A DNA stretch of 64,000 bases from Sarcophilus harrisii (GCA_048593225.1 CM109176.1:477499429-477563428); one strand, 5' to 3'. Positions 1-13,273 are shown, numbered from the stretch's first letter. The notes: generated by a model not told the origin, from the sequence alone. Numbers and translations are program-made.

Positions 1-1323
1 TTGTTCTAGTTGTGAAGCCTGATGAAAATATATTCCTGCTGTCCAATAACATTAATCTTTCTTTTCCTCTGGATAAAGATTCACCTCCCCCAAATTGTAT
101 TGCAGTTGAGAACTCTGCTCAGGAAGTAAAAATTTATTGAATTTCATTCTTTGTAGCCACGGATTATAATTATTTTGTGCTTCCAGTTACCATGTCTTTT
201 GCCATCTCAGAATAATTAACTACCCCAAAATATGGCAGTTTGGGACAACAATTATAAAGATTCTGATTCCCTCACAATCTCTCTAACAATCTTGTTTGGC
301 TTTATCATCATCTGTTTATCAGAGACTCTTGGTCCAGACTAGTGATTTCACTGGGCAATTTAAAGTATTCCATAGTAGACCTTAAGAGAGGGAAATGGAA
401 AACTCATCTGCCAACCATTGTCTTTGTGGCTCAACATAGAGTGCTGAGAGGTGAAGACCTTTTCCATGGGCTCCTAGAAGAAATGTGTGTCAGAAGTGGC
501 TTCTGAACACAGGTCTTTCTGACTACAATGTCAATCCTCTTTCCATTATTTACTATCTTTCAGAAACTTGACTATAAAAAAATTACTTTTTCTGAACTCA
601 AATTTTCTGTTTTTTTTTCATCCATTCATTCACAAAGTCACATCAGTGGACATAAGGATGGAGTTGTCATATTGATTTCAATCAACACTAGAAACTTAGT
701 TATTAAGTAACATTGTCTATATCCTAACATCTTAAACTATGATTTAAGACCCCATATGGGAACTTATAACTGAATGTGGGGGTTGTGAAATTGTGGTTAT
801 TAGTAAATTTTGATCTGTATTTATCTGTATTTAAAATATATTTTATATATTTATATAACCAGGGTCACATAACAATTTCTAGGACGAAAAGGGGTCACAA
901 GTGGGAAAAGTTAAAAAAAGTCCTGGTCTATGTAACAAAAACACATTTCTCTTATTTTTAATTTAGTATTCCAAAAACAACAATTTGATAGATATTATCT
1001 TATAACTCCCTTCTCATTCTTTTGGAAAGTTGATGGGGTTTAAACCCAAAATAATATTAAATCATGTAAGATAAGAAGGAATTCATTATAGTCACAGACT
1101 ACATTTGTTATTTAGTACAGAGCTGCAGATAACATGACAAAAGGGCACTGGAAATGCTAAATTCTTAGGCGAAGTTTCTCTCTGATAACAGAAAATAAGA
1201 GTTTTTCAATCTAAATATTTTAAATTTTTACTTTATAGTAGGTATTATATATTTTAAAGGATTTAATTTTTTTTTGCATTTTTGATTAACATGGCAACCT
1301 AACAAATTAATAGCATGCCATAC

Positions 1324-1410
1324 AGGACTATCTTGATCCATCAAGTAAGCTCCATGGCCTTGACTGATGGCTTCTCTGTACTCCTGATGGGCTTCTTCCT
1401 TTTCCTTGAC
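1324..1410 (-). CDS. PARP4: PARP4 coding exon (VIT domain). The gene continues below the window start.
   Basis: Translation VKEKEEAHQEYREAISQGHGAYLMDQDSP aligns with human IKEKEEAQQEYLEAVTQGHGAYLMSQDAP. Acceptor attatttttttcttag. Donor CCT|gtatgg. Confidence 0.85.
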
Positions 1411-1665
1411 CTAAGAAAAAAATAATTTTAAAAAGTTATGACAAATATGGTAACTTCCTTATTTCATGTAGAAGAATTAATTGTTCAAACTCAAATATTA
1501 GAAATGTTTATTTCAGAAATGAATAGAATCTGAAATGAATGTAAATTTGAAAAGCAAGCCAATATGTATAAAATCACTACTCAGAAACCCATTACACTGC
1601 ATAAATAAAAAAAGGTGTGTCTGCAGAGAAAGCAAAACAAGTGAGTGTAATTCATTATTCTTTAC

Positions 1666-1797
1666 CTCTGCTATTATATGCTTGCCATTGATGAAAGCTT
1701 CAAACCCACACACTGCTGCTTTGTCATCCAAGGGAAAGACATATTTTGTTTCAATAGGCAGATCACTCTTATTGTTATATGCTTGAAAAACAATTAT
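1666..1797 (-). CDS. PARP4: PARP4 coding exon (VIT domain)
   Basis: Translation IIVFQAYNNKSDLPIETKYVFPLDDKAAVCGFEAFINGKHIIAE aligns with human VIVFQTYTNKSHVPIEAKYIFPLDDKAAVCGFEAFINGKHIVGE. Acceptor ttctatttctag. Donor GAG|gtaaag. Confidence 0.9.
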
Positions 1798-2329
1798 CTA
1801 GAAATAGAACAAGAGCCATTTTGTTAATGAAGTGCTTTTAAAATTTATTTTTTTGAAAAGTGGCCAACACAAACTGTGCATATTTGGGGGGTTAAATTGT
1901 GCAGGTGTTAGTTCTAATAAGTGCCTTAGTTTTCTCATAAGTGCCTACAGTCATAATGCAGAACCCAAACCACATACAAAAATGCAGTCTGTTTTAACTT
2001 TAAGGAGTTGGTGCTTACCTGACAAAAGCATGGTTTATTCTCATAAAGCTAATACAATGTTAAAAAAAAAACAAAAAACCTTTGCTAGAACTTTATAGTT
2101 GCTGCAAGTGCAGTGTTCTCTGATCATCCTGACCCCACTGCTGATTAACAGGGAAGATTTGCCCTGCTTTCTTTCTGACTTGAGCTAGTTTCACTCTTTC
2201 ATGGTAGGTCAGTACTCTATCACCACCATATTGATGTCGGACTTAATACAAACACATAATTGACTTTAGCTCTATTACAACTAAAAACTCCTTCATTATA
2301 CATGGAAAAAACAAGACTATACAATGATC

Positions 2330-2553
2330 AATTCTGATGGCCGTGACTATCTTCAACAATGAGAGAATTCAAACCAGTTCTACTTGTTCAGTGATGATGA
2401 GAGCCATCTACACCCAGGGAGAAAACTGTGGGAGCTGACCACAACATAGCATTCTCACTCTTTCTGTTGTGGTTTGCTTGCATTTTGTTTTCTTTCTCAG
2501 GTTTTTTTTCCTTCTTGATCTGATTTTTCTTGTGCAGCAAAATAATTGTATAA

Positions 2554-2585
<32 letters not shown>

Positions 2586-2760
2586 GATTTAATGTATGTT
2601 AACATTTAATATGTACTGGACTATCTACTATCTAGGGAAGAGGGTAGGAGGAAGGAGGGGAAAATTTGGAACAGAAGGTTTCACAAGGGTAAATGTTGAA
2701 AAATTATCCATGCATATGTTTTGTAAATAAAAAGCTTTAGCTAAAAAACAAAAACAAAAA
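2330..2760 (+). mobile_element. L1 3'UTR fragment, plus orientation
   Basis: ...acccagggagaaaactgtgggagctgaccacaacatagcattctcactc...ccatgcatatgttttgtaaataaaaagctttag. Confidence 0.8.
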
Positions 2761-3899
2761 ACAACTAAGAACTCCTGAACTCAAGTGATTTCCTAGGCTT
2801 AGTAGCAGGAATTAGAGGTGTGTTACTGCCATGCTTAGCTTGATTTTCTTTGTCACAAGGGGGAGTTAAATATAGAAGTGGTGGGAAAGATTTAAAAATG
2901 ACAGTGAAAATTAAAAACTAAAGTTTGACATTTTTTTTAACTTACAAAAAAGGATTATAAAGGAGACTGAGGATTCTGGGCCCAGTTCTGGCACTTGCTA
3001 GAATTGGTGTGAACTGGTTAAGTCAATTCATATATCTAAAAAATAATAGCCTTAGATTAGATGAGCTTTAAGGTTCTAACTTGAATTTCTACCATCCTAT
3101 ATATTTTTATGTTCACTTTTTACTTTTATATATCATATATATATTTTAAATCCTATACATGTTTTCATCTTAATTTGAAGTTCTATATAATGTTAATGAA
3201 TCTAGAACTGCTATCTATTTTTCAAGGCATTTTTTAAAGATTTAAGTCATAGAAATTATTTTTTTAAAGCAAGAAAACTTTAAACATTAAATTTGTAATT
3301 ACCAAATTTATATGTACATATATCAAATATATGACAAATGATGAGGAGGAAAATTTTATATTCTTTATAGTAAAATATCTCCATTAAGGGGAAGTAAAGC
3401 GTTAAAATATTAGTCATAACAAAAAAGGATAACACAAGTGAGCTTTTATAATAAACAAGTGCGGAATTGTAATAAAATTCTTATTTCATATTATTGTTGC
3501 TCATAATCTAGTTATTGTGGAAATAAACAGTATTTTTTTTATTGGATATGTAATTTCATTGAGGAAACCCAAAACCACATAGCAGTATAGTGAATTTTTT
3601 TTATATCCATAATTCTAACTCTATTAAGAAGTATTGTAAAATACCTCCTATGGAACTCTAAAAGATAGAATTATAGGATTCCTCATACTATGGTTTGAAA
3701 AATCCTGGACTAAAGCATCAAATATCAAAACATATGAGATGATAAGAGTACATCTGGGTTTCATTAATGAGTTCTAGTTACCAAGTCTGCACAAACTACA
3801 TTAAGAGTACAGAATGAACAGGTAGATGTCATGGCTGAACTGCCATGGTTCCTTGGAAACTTATAAAAGTCAAAGAATATGAGAGGGAAGTTTTTTCCC

Positions 3900-4500
3900 C
3901 CTCCTTTTTATCTTTTTTAATAGTATTTTATTTTTAAGAACATGTAAAGGCAAATTTTAACATCCATTTAAAAATTTTGAGTTCCAAATTTTCTCCCTTT
4001 CTTTCTCACTTCCCTCTCCCTAAGACAATAAGTAATTTGACACAGATTATATAAGTATAATCATGTGGACATGGCTCTTTTCAACAATGAGATGATTTTA
4101 AAAAATTAATTAAGTGAAACTAATAGGTTTTGATTGCATTTAGACTCTATCAGTTCTTTGGATGTGAAAAATAATTTTCCTAATAAGATCTTTGGAATTG
4201 TCCTAGATCCTTGCATTGCTGAGAATAGCAAAGGCATTCATAGTTGATCATCATACAACATAGCTGCTATCTTGTACAATTGTCTCCTAGTTTTGCTTAT
4301 TTCACTTTGCATCAGTTCATATAAGTCTTTCCAGGTTTTTCTGAAATCTGCCTGCTCATCATTTTTTCAGCACAATAATATTCCATTACATTTATATACC
4401 ACAACTTATTCAGTCATTTCTCAATTGATGAGTAACCTCTCAATTTCCAATTCTTTGCCACCAGTGGTATAGAGACACTATAAATAATTTTATATATTCT
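3900..4500 (-). mobile_element. L1 3' end of the second 3'UTR subtype, minus orientation
   Basis: Same family as 7500-8130, 13780-14100 and 19700-20060. It runs contiguously into ORF2-antisense sequence at 8290, which identifies it as an L1 3' region. Confidence 0.6.
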
Positions 4501-4503
4501 TTC

Positions 4504-4538
<35 letters not shown>

Positions 4539-4833
4539 CTGAAGCATTTGGGATTAAGTGACTTGCCCAGGGTCACAAAGCCAGGAAGTGTTAAGTGTCT
4601 GAGATCAGATTTGAACACAGGTCATCCTGATTCCAGGGCTGGTACTCTATCCACTGTGCCACCTAGCTGCCCCTCCTATTCCCTTTTATACCACATTTTA
4701 CATATGAAACTGAGGCAAACAGGGTTAAGTAACTTGCCTAGATTACATATAATAAGTGTCTGAAGTCAAATTTGAACTCCTGATTCCTGGCCCAGCATTC
4801 TATTCAGTATGCCACTTAGCTGCCTTGATACCA
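4500..4833 (-). mobile_element. Two adjacent marsupial SINEs, minus orientation
   Basis: A T-rich tail followed by the reverse complement of the SINE (…ccacctagctgcccc), then a second copy ending …ccacttagctgcc. Confidence 0.85.
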
Positions 4834-5036
4834 TCGGTTGGCATATATAAAACAAAAAACTCGAATATGAGGTGAGCCACATACATAAAAATATTTCTAG
4901 AAGAATTTTCTGTAGTAGCAAAGTACTGGAAGGAAAGCAGGAACTATCTTTTGACTTTTTCTGTATCTCTAACACTTAACTCATAATAGGTGCTAAGTAA
5001 ATATTTATTGACTGATGGATTAAAAAGATATGCCCA

Positions 5037-5200
5037 GGGGGGCAGCTGGGTGGTGCAGTGGATAAAGCACCAGCCCTGAAGTCAGTAGGACCTGAGTTCA
5101 AACCTGGCCTCAGACACTTAACACTTCCTGGCTATATGTGACCCTGAGCAAGTTACTTAACCCCAATTGCCTCAGGGAAAAAAAAGAAAGGATATGCCCA
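5037..5200 (+). mobile_element. Marsupial tRNA-derived SINE (SINE1_Mdo-like)
   Basis: ggggcagctgggtggtgcagtggataaagcaccagccctgaagtcagtaggacctgagttcaaacctggcctcagacacttaaca...aaccccaattgcctcaggg followed by an A-rich tail. Confidence 0.9.
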
Positions 5201-6589
5201 AATTCTGACTTGGAAATTGGTAAACAAATTATGGCAGATGAATGTAATATAATATTATTGTGCTATATGCTATGATTACCCAACTTCCAGATTACACTAC
5301 TTCCAGTAGTACTACTTCCTACATTTGGTACACTCATGTTGCTTTTCCTGATACTCATCTTTATATTGTATTCTTACAAAAAAGTACTTATCCTTGATTT
5401 GTATATAACACATCTGCTTTGCTAACCATTCACAAGTGGATTTGATATAGTTGTCTTATTTTGTGTATTTCTTTTACATATGTATTCATGTTACTATGTG
5501 CTTGATTATAACCTCAAAAAAAAGGGTCAAGAATTACAGCTGTGTGGTCCTCAATTTGTTACTTGATAATTTCGTTTTTTAATAATGATTGAAAAAGGTA
5601 CTTTTGCTAGGATAGAAATTGTATTAATATCCAATGAGTAGCAAGGCTACTTGAAAAAAAGTTTGGCATCTTAGTCCCTTTCATTTAAAAATAAGACTTA
5701 TATCCTTGGCAGAGGCCATGAAATTAATAAGATACAAATACTGATCTCATTCCAAGAAGAAATATTTCCAGCTCAGAGTAAAAATGCACAAGGAAATATC
5801 AAGTCAAAACTATGTAGACTTCTGTTTGTGGGTCAAGGACACTTTATGGGCTAGAAGCCCAGCCATAAATTCAACTAAAAGACTTTTTGTTTTGTTTTAA
5901 AGTATGAATAATTTTCTCTACTGAAGTTATTTTTACAATGCCTCATTATGACATGAAGGTGACCCTGGACTTTTAAAGGTGATAACAGCAGAGCACAAAT
6001 ACTCATAAGTCCTTCCATGCTGGAAAAACTTTTGAGTCTAGCAAGGGTCTAGATGTTTGACATCTGAAGTCAAGTGTAGCTGAGTTTAGAAAGATACATC
6101 ACCAGCCTGGTCACCAATTTTTCAGCATGGCAACTCTCAAAAGGTCACCTATTAGGCTATAGAGGTGCTGAATGTGTATCAATGGTGGGAGTACATATAA
6201 GAAAAACATAGCTATCTGAAATATTGAAATATGATTAATTTAGGACCAAATTTAGGAGCAGAAGTCTTATTAGATTACAACATAAAGTGAAAAATAACCA
6301 ACACCTCTCTGATGATAAAAGGTCATCGATCAGATGTTAAATAGTATGAATATCATAATCATTAGTTTGCTGCTTTTTGACCATACAAAACAAACTACGC
6401 CCATGTCCCCTGCCAAAATGTTATGGGTCAGAACTCTGTACTTAAAAACAAGCATTCTTACAAGGTGTTAAGTCAATGGAATTGATGAGACAATGGTTAT
6501 CTAGTTTAGCATGGTGATTAAGAGTTCTCTAGTTCAGTACATGTTCTTAGTACTTAATATAGTTCTACAAGATTCACACCTATGATAAT

Positions 6590-7050
6590 GTAATTATAAG
6601 AGAGCATATAAGCTGGGACAAACTCAGCCAGAGTCAGAACCAGAGAAGACAGAAGGCTGGAGGGTGGAGCACAAGCCCTCAGACTCAGAGAGACATTCCA
6701 TCTTTGATCAGGCTCCTGGTGGCTCTCCTTCTTCCTGCACTTTGGGAGAGACTGGTACAGACTCAGAGGGACTGAGAGACAGATTCATTCCGTCGTCCAC
6801 CTTTGTGGTGGCTGGAGGCTGAAGCACAAGCCAGGGGACTCAGAGCCAGATTTATCCATCCCATCTCACATCACCTTGGTGGCAGGGGTCTCCTCCTTAG
6901 CTTCTCCACTGAACCCCAGACTTGGGAAGGTCTTTAAGAAAGCTAGCCAGGCCCCAGGCAAGGAAACTAGATTGTGAAGGAGATAATAAAGGATTTGGAC
7001 TTTAACACCTGACTATTCTCCTGGTGAATACTGAACTGAACTGAAACAAA
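6590..7050 (+). repeat. Unclassified interspersed repeat with an internal ~80-bp duplication. An inverted second copy lies at 25800-26200.
   Basis: gacagattcattccgtcgtccacctttgtggtggctggaggctgaagcacaagcc at 6780-6835 matches the reverse complement of 26050-26110 (gacagattcattccatctttcacctttgtggtggctgcaggctgaagcacaaacc). Confidence 0.7.
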
Positions 7051-7059
7051 GGCTGCTCC

Positions 7060-7500
7060 AAGAACTCCAGAAAACCCACAAGAACATTACACCAAACAAT
7101 ACAAAATATAACAGTAATTTAAGTAGATATAATATACTTAGGTTTCAGTAAAGCACTCAAAAAGTTTCTCACACTAGTCTTATGGATAAGATGGGAAAAT
7201 GAGGACTAGGTGACAGTACTATTAGACTAAGAAATGGCTCAATAGCTGAATTAAAAGCTAGTCATAAATAGGTTGATGCCTACCTGGAGAGAGGTCTTTA
7301 GAATATGCTTGATCCTGGGAAGCTCAATATTTTTGCCAATAACTAGGATGAAGCAATAGAATGTATATTTGTAATATGTATGAGTGTCACAAAGCTAGTA
7401 AGGGTAGCTAATATGGTGGATGACAAGATTCAAAAAGCTCCTTAGAGGCTAGAATGATGGGCCAAAACAAATAAATAAAATTTAATAAGTATAACTGTGA
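7060..7500 (+). mobile_element. Non-LTR retrotransposon reverse-transcriptase fragment (RTE/L2/CR1-type)
   Basis: Translation contains ...ILGSSIFLPIT...NMVDDKIQKAP...WAKTNK..., resembling the SGVPQGSVLGPxLFNIFINDL ... FADDTKL ... W motifs of RTE/CR1-clade reverse transcriptases. Confidence 0.5.
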
Positions 7501-10500
7501 AGATCTACATTTTTATTTTTTAAAATATTTTTCCAATTATATGTAGAACAATTTTTTAAATTTTCTTTTAAAAAAATTTTTGAATTCCAAATCCTCTCTT
7601 TCTTCCTCTTTCATCTCTTCCCTCATTGGTCAACCAAGCAATTTAATATAGATTATACTGGTGAAGTCATGCAAAACATATTTCCATTAGTCATCTTGTG
7701 AAAAAAACAAAACAAAACAAAACAAACAAACCCCAAGAACAATAAAGAAAGTTTACAAAAAAGTGTGCTTCAATTTGCATTCAGACTTCATCAGTACTTT
7801 CTCTAGGGGTAAATAGCATTTTTCCGTATAAGTACTTTGGAATTGTCTTACAATGTATTGTTGTGAATGGCTAAGTCATTCGTAGTTGATCATTGTATAA
7901 TATTGCTGTTATTGTGTATACTGCTCTGGTTCTACTCACTTCACTTTGCATTAGTTCATATAAATCTTTCCAGATTTTTTTGAAAGCATCCTGCTCATCC
8001 TTTCTTATAGCATAATAGTATTCCAACACAATCATATACCACAATTGAAAAGCATCCCTTCAATTTCTAATTCTTTGCTACCACAAAAAGAGCTACTATA
8101 AATATTTTTGTACATATAAGTCATTTTCATTTTCCTTTTTTTTTCCTGAAGTGACTTGCCCAGGGTTACACAGCAAGGAAGTGTTAAGTGGCTGAAGCCA
8201 GATTTGAATTCAAGTCCTCCTGACTTCAGGGCTGGTATTCTATCTACTGTACCAACTAGCTGCCCCAGTCCTTTTCCTTTTTAAAACTCTCTTTGGGATA
8301 TAGATCTAATAGTATTGTTAATGGTACTGCTGGGTTAAAAAGTATGTATTTTTTGATTGCCCTTTGGATACAGTTCCAAATTGCTCTCCAGAATGGTTGG
8401 AGGAGTTCACAACTCCACCAATAGTGTATTACTGTCCCAATTTTCCCATATCCCTTCCAATATTTGTCATTTTCCTTTTTAAAATTATATTAGCCAATCT
8501 GATAAATGTGAGGTGGTTTTAACTTGCACTTCTCTGATCAATAATATTTGAGATAATTTTTCATAGAACTATTTTTAGTTTTGATTTCTTCATCTAAAAA
8601 CTGCCTGTTCATTTAATTTGACCATATATCAAATAGGGAATAGCTCTCATTTTTATTTATTTATTTATATTAATTTGACTCAGTTCTACAAATGTTTGAG
8701 AAATGAGGACTTGATCAGAGAAACTTTTTATCTCTCTTTTTTCTGTTTTCCTTCTAATCTTGGTTACAATGATTTGACTTTGCAAAACTTTTTAAATTTA
8801 ATGCAATCAAAATTCTTCATTTATATGCTGTAATGTTCTCTATCTCTTTTTTGATCATAAATTCTTCCTTTATCCATAGGTTGACAGGCAAAATATTGGC
8901 AAAATATTACATGGTTCCCTAATTTATTTATGGTATCACCCTTTATGACTAAATCATATAATCCACTTTGCTATCCACTTCCATTTTATGGATAAGTCTG
9001 TCCCACTCACATTCACAGTCAAATTTTCTTTCATCCAACTTTCCCTCATCCTTTGTCCTTTTTGTCCTTTCATTCTGTCCCTCCTCAAAAATGTTCTATT
9101 TCTGATTGCCTCCCTCAATCTGCCCTCATCTCTATTAGTACCTCCCCTGCTATTTCCCTGTAAGTTATATTTCTAAACCAAATGAATGTGTATGTTATTC
9201 TCTCTTTGAATCAATTCCAGTGAAAATAATATTCAAGCACTGAATCCCTTATCTTTCCCTCTACTGCAAAAGCTCTTTCACATCTTTTCTTTATGCAGAT
9301 TTCCCTCTTGTCCTAGGACATATCTCTTTCTAATTCCTTAATTTTACTTTTTGGGATATTATCCAATTATAGTCATCTATTTATATTCCTTCTTCTTTTG
9401 TTTTTTCTGAGGCAATTGGGGTTAAGTGACTTGCCCAGGGTCGCATAGCAAGGACATTATGTGTTTAAGACCAGGTGTGAATTCAGATTGTCCTGACTTC
9501 AGGGCTGGTGCTCTATCCACTGAGCCACTTAGCTGCCCCTATTTATATTCCTTCTAACTGCCCTAATAACAATAAAGTTCTTAGGAGTTACAAATAACAT
9601 CTTCCTATGTAGGGATGTCAATAATTTAATCCTATTGTATCCTTTCTTTTATGTTTATCTTTTTATATATCTCTTGAATCTTGCTTTTGACGATCAGATT
9701 TTCTATTCACTCTGTTTTTTTCATCAAGAATGTTCAAAAATCCTCTCTTTCACAGACTATCCATTTTCCCTCCGAATTATAATCAGTTTTGCTACATATG
9801 TCATTTTTGGTTGTACTGCTAGCTTTTTTGCCCTCTGGACTTTCACCTTCTAAGCCCTCTGATCTTTAATATAGAAACTGCTAAATCTTGTATTATCCTA
9901 ACTGTGGTTCCATGAGTCTTGATTTCTTTCTTTCGAGTTGCTTGCAATATTTTCTCCTTGATTTGGGAGCTCTGGAATTTGGTCTGAGAGTTTTCCCTTT
10001 AAAGGGTAATTGGTAGATTCTTTCAATTTCCATTTTATTATCTAGTCTAAAATATGAGGGCAGTTTTTCTTGATAATTTCTTGAAAGATGATTTCTAGGC
10101 TCTTTTTTTTTTCTTTTTTGGTCAAGACTTTCTGGTGGTCCGATAATTCTTAAATTATCTTTCCTAAATCCCTTTTTCACAGATTATTTTTTTTCCAATG
10201 AGATCTTTCATATTTTCTTATATTTTTCATTCTTTTGATTTTGTTTTATTATTTCTTTATGTCACAAGAAATCATTTCCAATTGCTCAATTCTGTTTTTT
10301 AAGGAATTATTTTTTTTTTTCAGTAAGCTTTTGAACCTCCTTAACAAAACTACTGGCTCTCTTTTCATGATTTTTAGTATCACTCTCATTTCTTTTCCCA
10401 ATTTTTCCTCTATTTCCTCTATTTTGATTTTTATAAATCTTTCTGGATCTCTCCCAAGAATTCCTTTTGGCCCTGAGACCAATTCACTTATTTTATTTTA

Positions 10501-11340
10501 TTTTTTTGACATTTTGCATGTAGCTGTTTTGACAGTGTTGTCCTTCTGAGTTTGTGCTTTAATCTTCCCAAAGTAACTTTCTTTGTTGTTTGCTCATTTT
10601 TTAAGCCTATTTCTTGACTTTTAGCTAAATTGAGATCTTATTTCAGGGTGGAAGGCCCACTATCCCAACCTTCAGATTTTACATAATGTTTTCAGATCTA
10701 GTTCTTATGATTTGCAAATTTTGAGTTCTTTCGAGGTGGTATGATCTAATAAGATATGTGGTCACTCCTCCCCTGGCCTATCTTCTAGTTACTCGCTAGA
10801 GAAAGAAAGTGTGTGAGTTTAGTGTGTGAGTAATCAAAAGAACTCTTTTCTGTCTTGGTATTGTATCCTGGCTCCTGCTAGTGCTCCTCTTTTCTCTGAC
10901 ACCATGATCTAGAATTACATATGGGCAATGCAACAGAGTCCTGATCCTAGTGCCAGGAAAGAGTTCCCTGTAATTTCCTTTTGACTAATTGTCCAAGCGC
11001 TTTACTATGTGTGGGCTGGGAGCATGAATTCAGCTGCCTCCAAAGTCTGCTGCTGGCTTGTGAGGAAGGAGCCTGCATTGTGTTCCACTTTCACTCTGCA
11101 GAGACAGATCTTTCCTACCAATCTTTTAAGGTGTCTTGGGCTGGAAAAATGATTTACTTTGTTTGTTTGTTGATTTTGTTACTTCGAAATTCATTTTGAG
11201 GCATTATTTTAATGTTTCTTGGAGGGTAATTTGCAAGAGCTCAGATGAGTCCTTGTCTTTCCTCTGCCATCTTGGCTCTGCCCCAATCTACATTTTTACT
11301 CAAAAGAATCATCTTCACAATTACAGGACTGGTGGTACTA
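7500..11340 (-). mobile_element. Degenerate L1 LINE in minus orientation, about 3.8 kb. It shows 3' end, ORF2 and ORF1 remnants and is interrupted by SINE insertions at about 8130-8277 and 9395-9540.
   Basis: Plus strand 8290-8560 is the antisense of the L1 ORF2 C-terminal region (ccagaatggttgga...ttccaaattgc is the complement of ccattctgg...caatttggaac). Minus-strand ORFs 9893..10180 and 10249..10482 look like L1 ORF1 (RIIGPPE motif, coiled-coil KNRIEQLE). Confidence 0.7.
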
Positions 11341-11449
11341 GATAGCATTCATATAAAAAGGATTTGTTGTTCACTTGTTTCAGCTTTGTTAGATTTTTTG
11401 TGACCCTTTTTGAAATTTTCTTGGCAAAGATACTGGAGTGGTTTGCTAT

Positions 11450-11612
11450 TTCTTTCTTTAGATGATTTGACAGATGAAGAAACTGAGGCAAACAGGATCA
11501 AGTGACTACCCAGAGTCACACAGCAAGTAAGTAAATGCCTGATGTCATATTTGAACTCAGAAAGATGAGTTTCTGATTCCAGGTCTGGAACTCTATCCAT
11601 TGTACCACTTAC
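11450..11612 (-). mobile_element. Marsupial SINE, minus orientation
   Basis: …gaaactgaggcaaacaggatcaagtgactacccagagtcacacagcaagtaag…ccacttacctgccc. Confidence 0.85.
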
Positions 11613-12048
11613 CTGCCCATGAAAAGGATTAGGGAATTTAAACAGATTGTAAATTAACCATGATTCAAATGGTTAATATGACAAGCAGAAAAAGTTAATA
11701 TGATTTTAGGTTTTGGGTTTTTTTGTTTGTTTTTGTCTTTTGTTTGTTTGTTTGTTTTAAGAAAGGCAGACTATGCAGGACTAGGTGATAATCCTACTAA
11801 ATTTCTGTTCTGATCAGACCCTATATAGAATATCATGCTCAGTTATAGAAACCATATTTTAGGAGGATGTAGACAAACCAGAATATGTTTAATAAAGAGC
11901 AAACAGGATTGTGATAGGATTGAAAAGACCACACTACTGAAGAACTTGTTGAAGGAAATTTGAAAATTTAGCTTGGAAAAGAGACTTAGGGGCTAATAAT
12001 AATAATAGACTTCAAGTCTCTGAAGGGCTTTCAAGTAGATGTTTAAAT

Positions 12049-12760
12049 TTGTTCTGCTGTGATGGGTGGAAGTTGCAGAGAGACAGATTAAGGCTTGATT
12101 TAAGAAAAACATTTCCTAAGATTATGGCAGCCCTTTTTGAAATGACAAGAAACTGGGAACTAAGTGGATGCCCATCAGTTGGAGAATGGCTGAATAAGTT
12201 ATGGTATATGCATGTTATGGAATGTTATTGTTCTATAAGAAATGATCAGCAGGATTATTTCAGAGAGACCTGGAGAGACTTACATGAACTGATGCTGAGG
12301 GAAATGAGCAGGACCAAGAAATCATCGTACATGGCAACAAGATTATATGATGGTCGATTATGATGGGCATGTTTTTTTCTATAATGATATGATTCAGGCC
12401 AGTTCCAATAGTCTTGTGATTATGAGAAACATCTACACCCAGAGAGAGAACTGTGGGAACTGAGTGTGTATCACAACATAGCATTTTCACTCTTTGTTGT
12501 TGTTTGCTTGCAGTTTGTTTTCTTTCTCATTTTTTCCCTTTTTGATCTGATTTTTCTTATGTAGCATGATAATTGTGGAAATATGTATAGAAGAATTGCA
12601 CATGCTTAACATATATTGAATTACTCTCTAAGGGAGGGCTGAGTGAAAGGGAGGGGAAAAATTCAGAACACAAGGTTTTGCAAGGGTAAATGTTGAAAAT
12701 TATCCATGTTTTGAAAATAAAAAGCTTTAATATAAAAAATTTCCTAAGATTAGAGATGCC
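12049..12760 (+). mobile_element. L1 3' end, plus orientation
   Basis: The same L1 ORF2 tail and 3'UTR consensus as the other copies. Ends ttttgaaaataaaaagctttaatataaaaaa. Confidence 0.8.
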
Positions 12761-13148
12761 AAATATTGAAATGGGATGCTTTGGGAAGTAAATGGGTATC
12801 CTCTTACTAGTGGTCTTCAAGTAAAAGCTGGATAATCACTTGTCATTGATGAAATAAAGGTGTTTTATGGTGAGGTATAAACTAGACTAGATTGCCTCTG
12901 AGGTTCCTTCTAATTCTGAGGTACTGTGACTATGATTATGTGATCCGAGGTCTCTTATTTTCCTAAGAGTTTTTTTTAAAGTTATAGGGGAATCAGGCAA
13001 TTAATGTCAGGACCCAACAATGTATGTAACTATAAAAATACTAAATTAGTTTTAGAAAACTATACATTTCAAAGAGCTCACCACAATATAATAAAATTCA
13101 GAAGATCTAGCTATTACAGTATTATTTATTAAATACAACACAACAATA

Positions 13149-13273
13149 CATGGCATACCTGGGCTATGAAGTCCATTATTCTTCCCTTGATATGAATCTC
13201 TTCAAGAGGGACTTGAATCCCAGAGAGATCTTGAAGGCCAGCTTTTATATTGATGAAAGGGTTGGTATCTGGT
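13149..13273 (-). CDS. PARP4: PARP4 coding exon (start of VIT domain)
   Basis: Translation (D)FALPDTNPFINIKAGLQDLSGIQVPLEEIHIKGRIMDFIAQ aligns with human YQLPDAKTSSSTKAGLQDASGNLVPLEDVHIKGRIIDTVAQ. Acceptor ctatttag. Donor CAG|gtatgc. Confidence 0.9.

Noticed and set aside
1-1320. The next PARP4 exon, expected to encode DVFTVSVGNLPP..., was sought below 1324
   Set aside because: No minus-strand frame in 1-1320 matches this sequence. The exon presumably lies beyond the window start.
5037-5110. tRNA genes suggested by cloverleaf-like GGGGCAGCTAGGTGGTGCAGTGGATAGAGC...GTTCAAATC heads
   Set aside because: These are the tRNA-derived 5' heads of marsupial SINEs. They occur more than 13 times, and each is followed by a SINE body and an A-rich tail. 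They are not bona fide tRNA genes.
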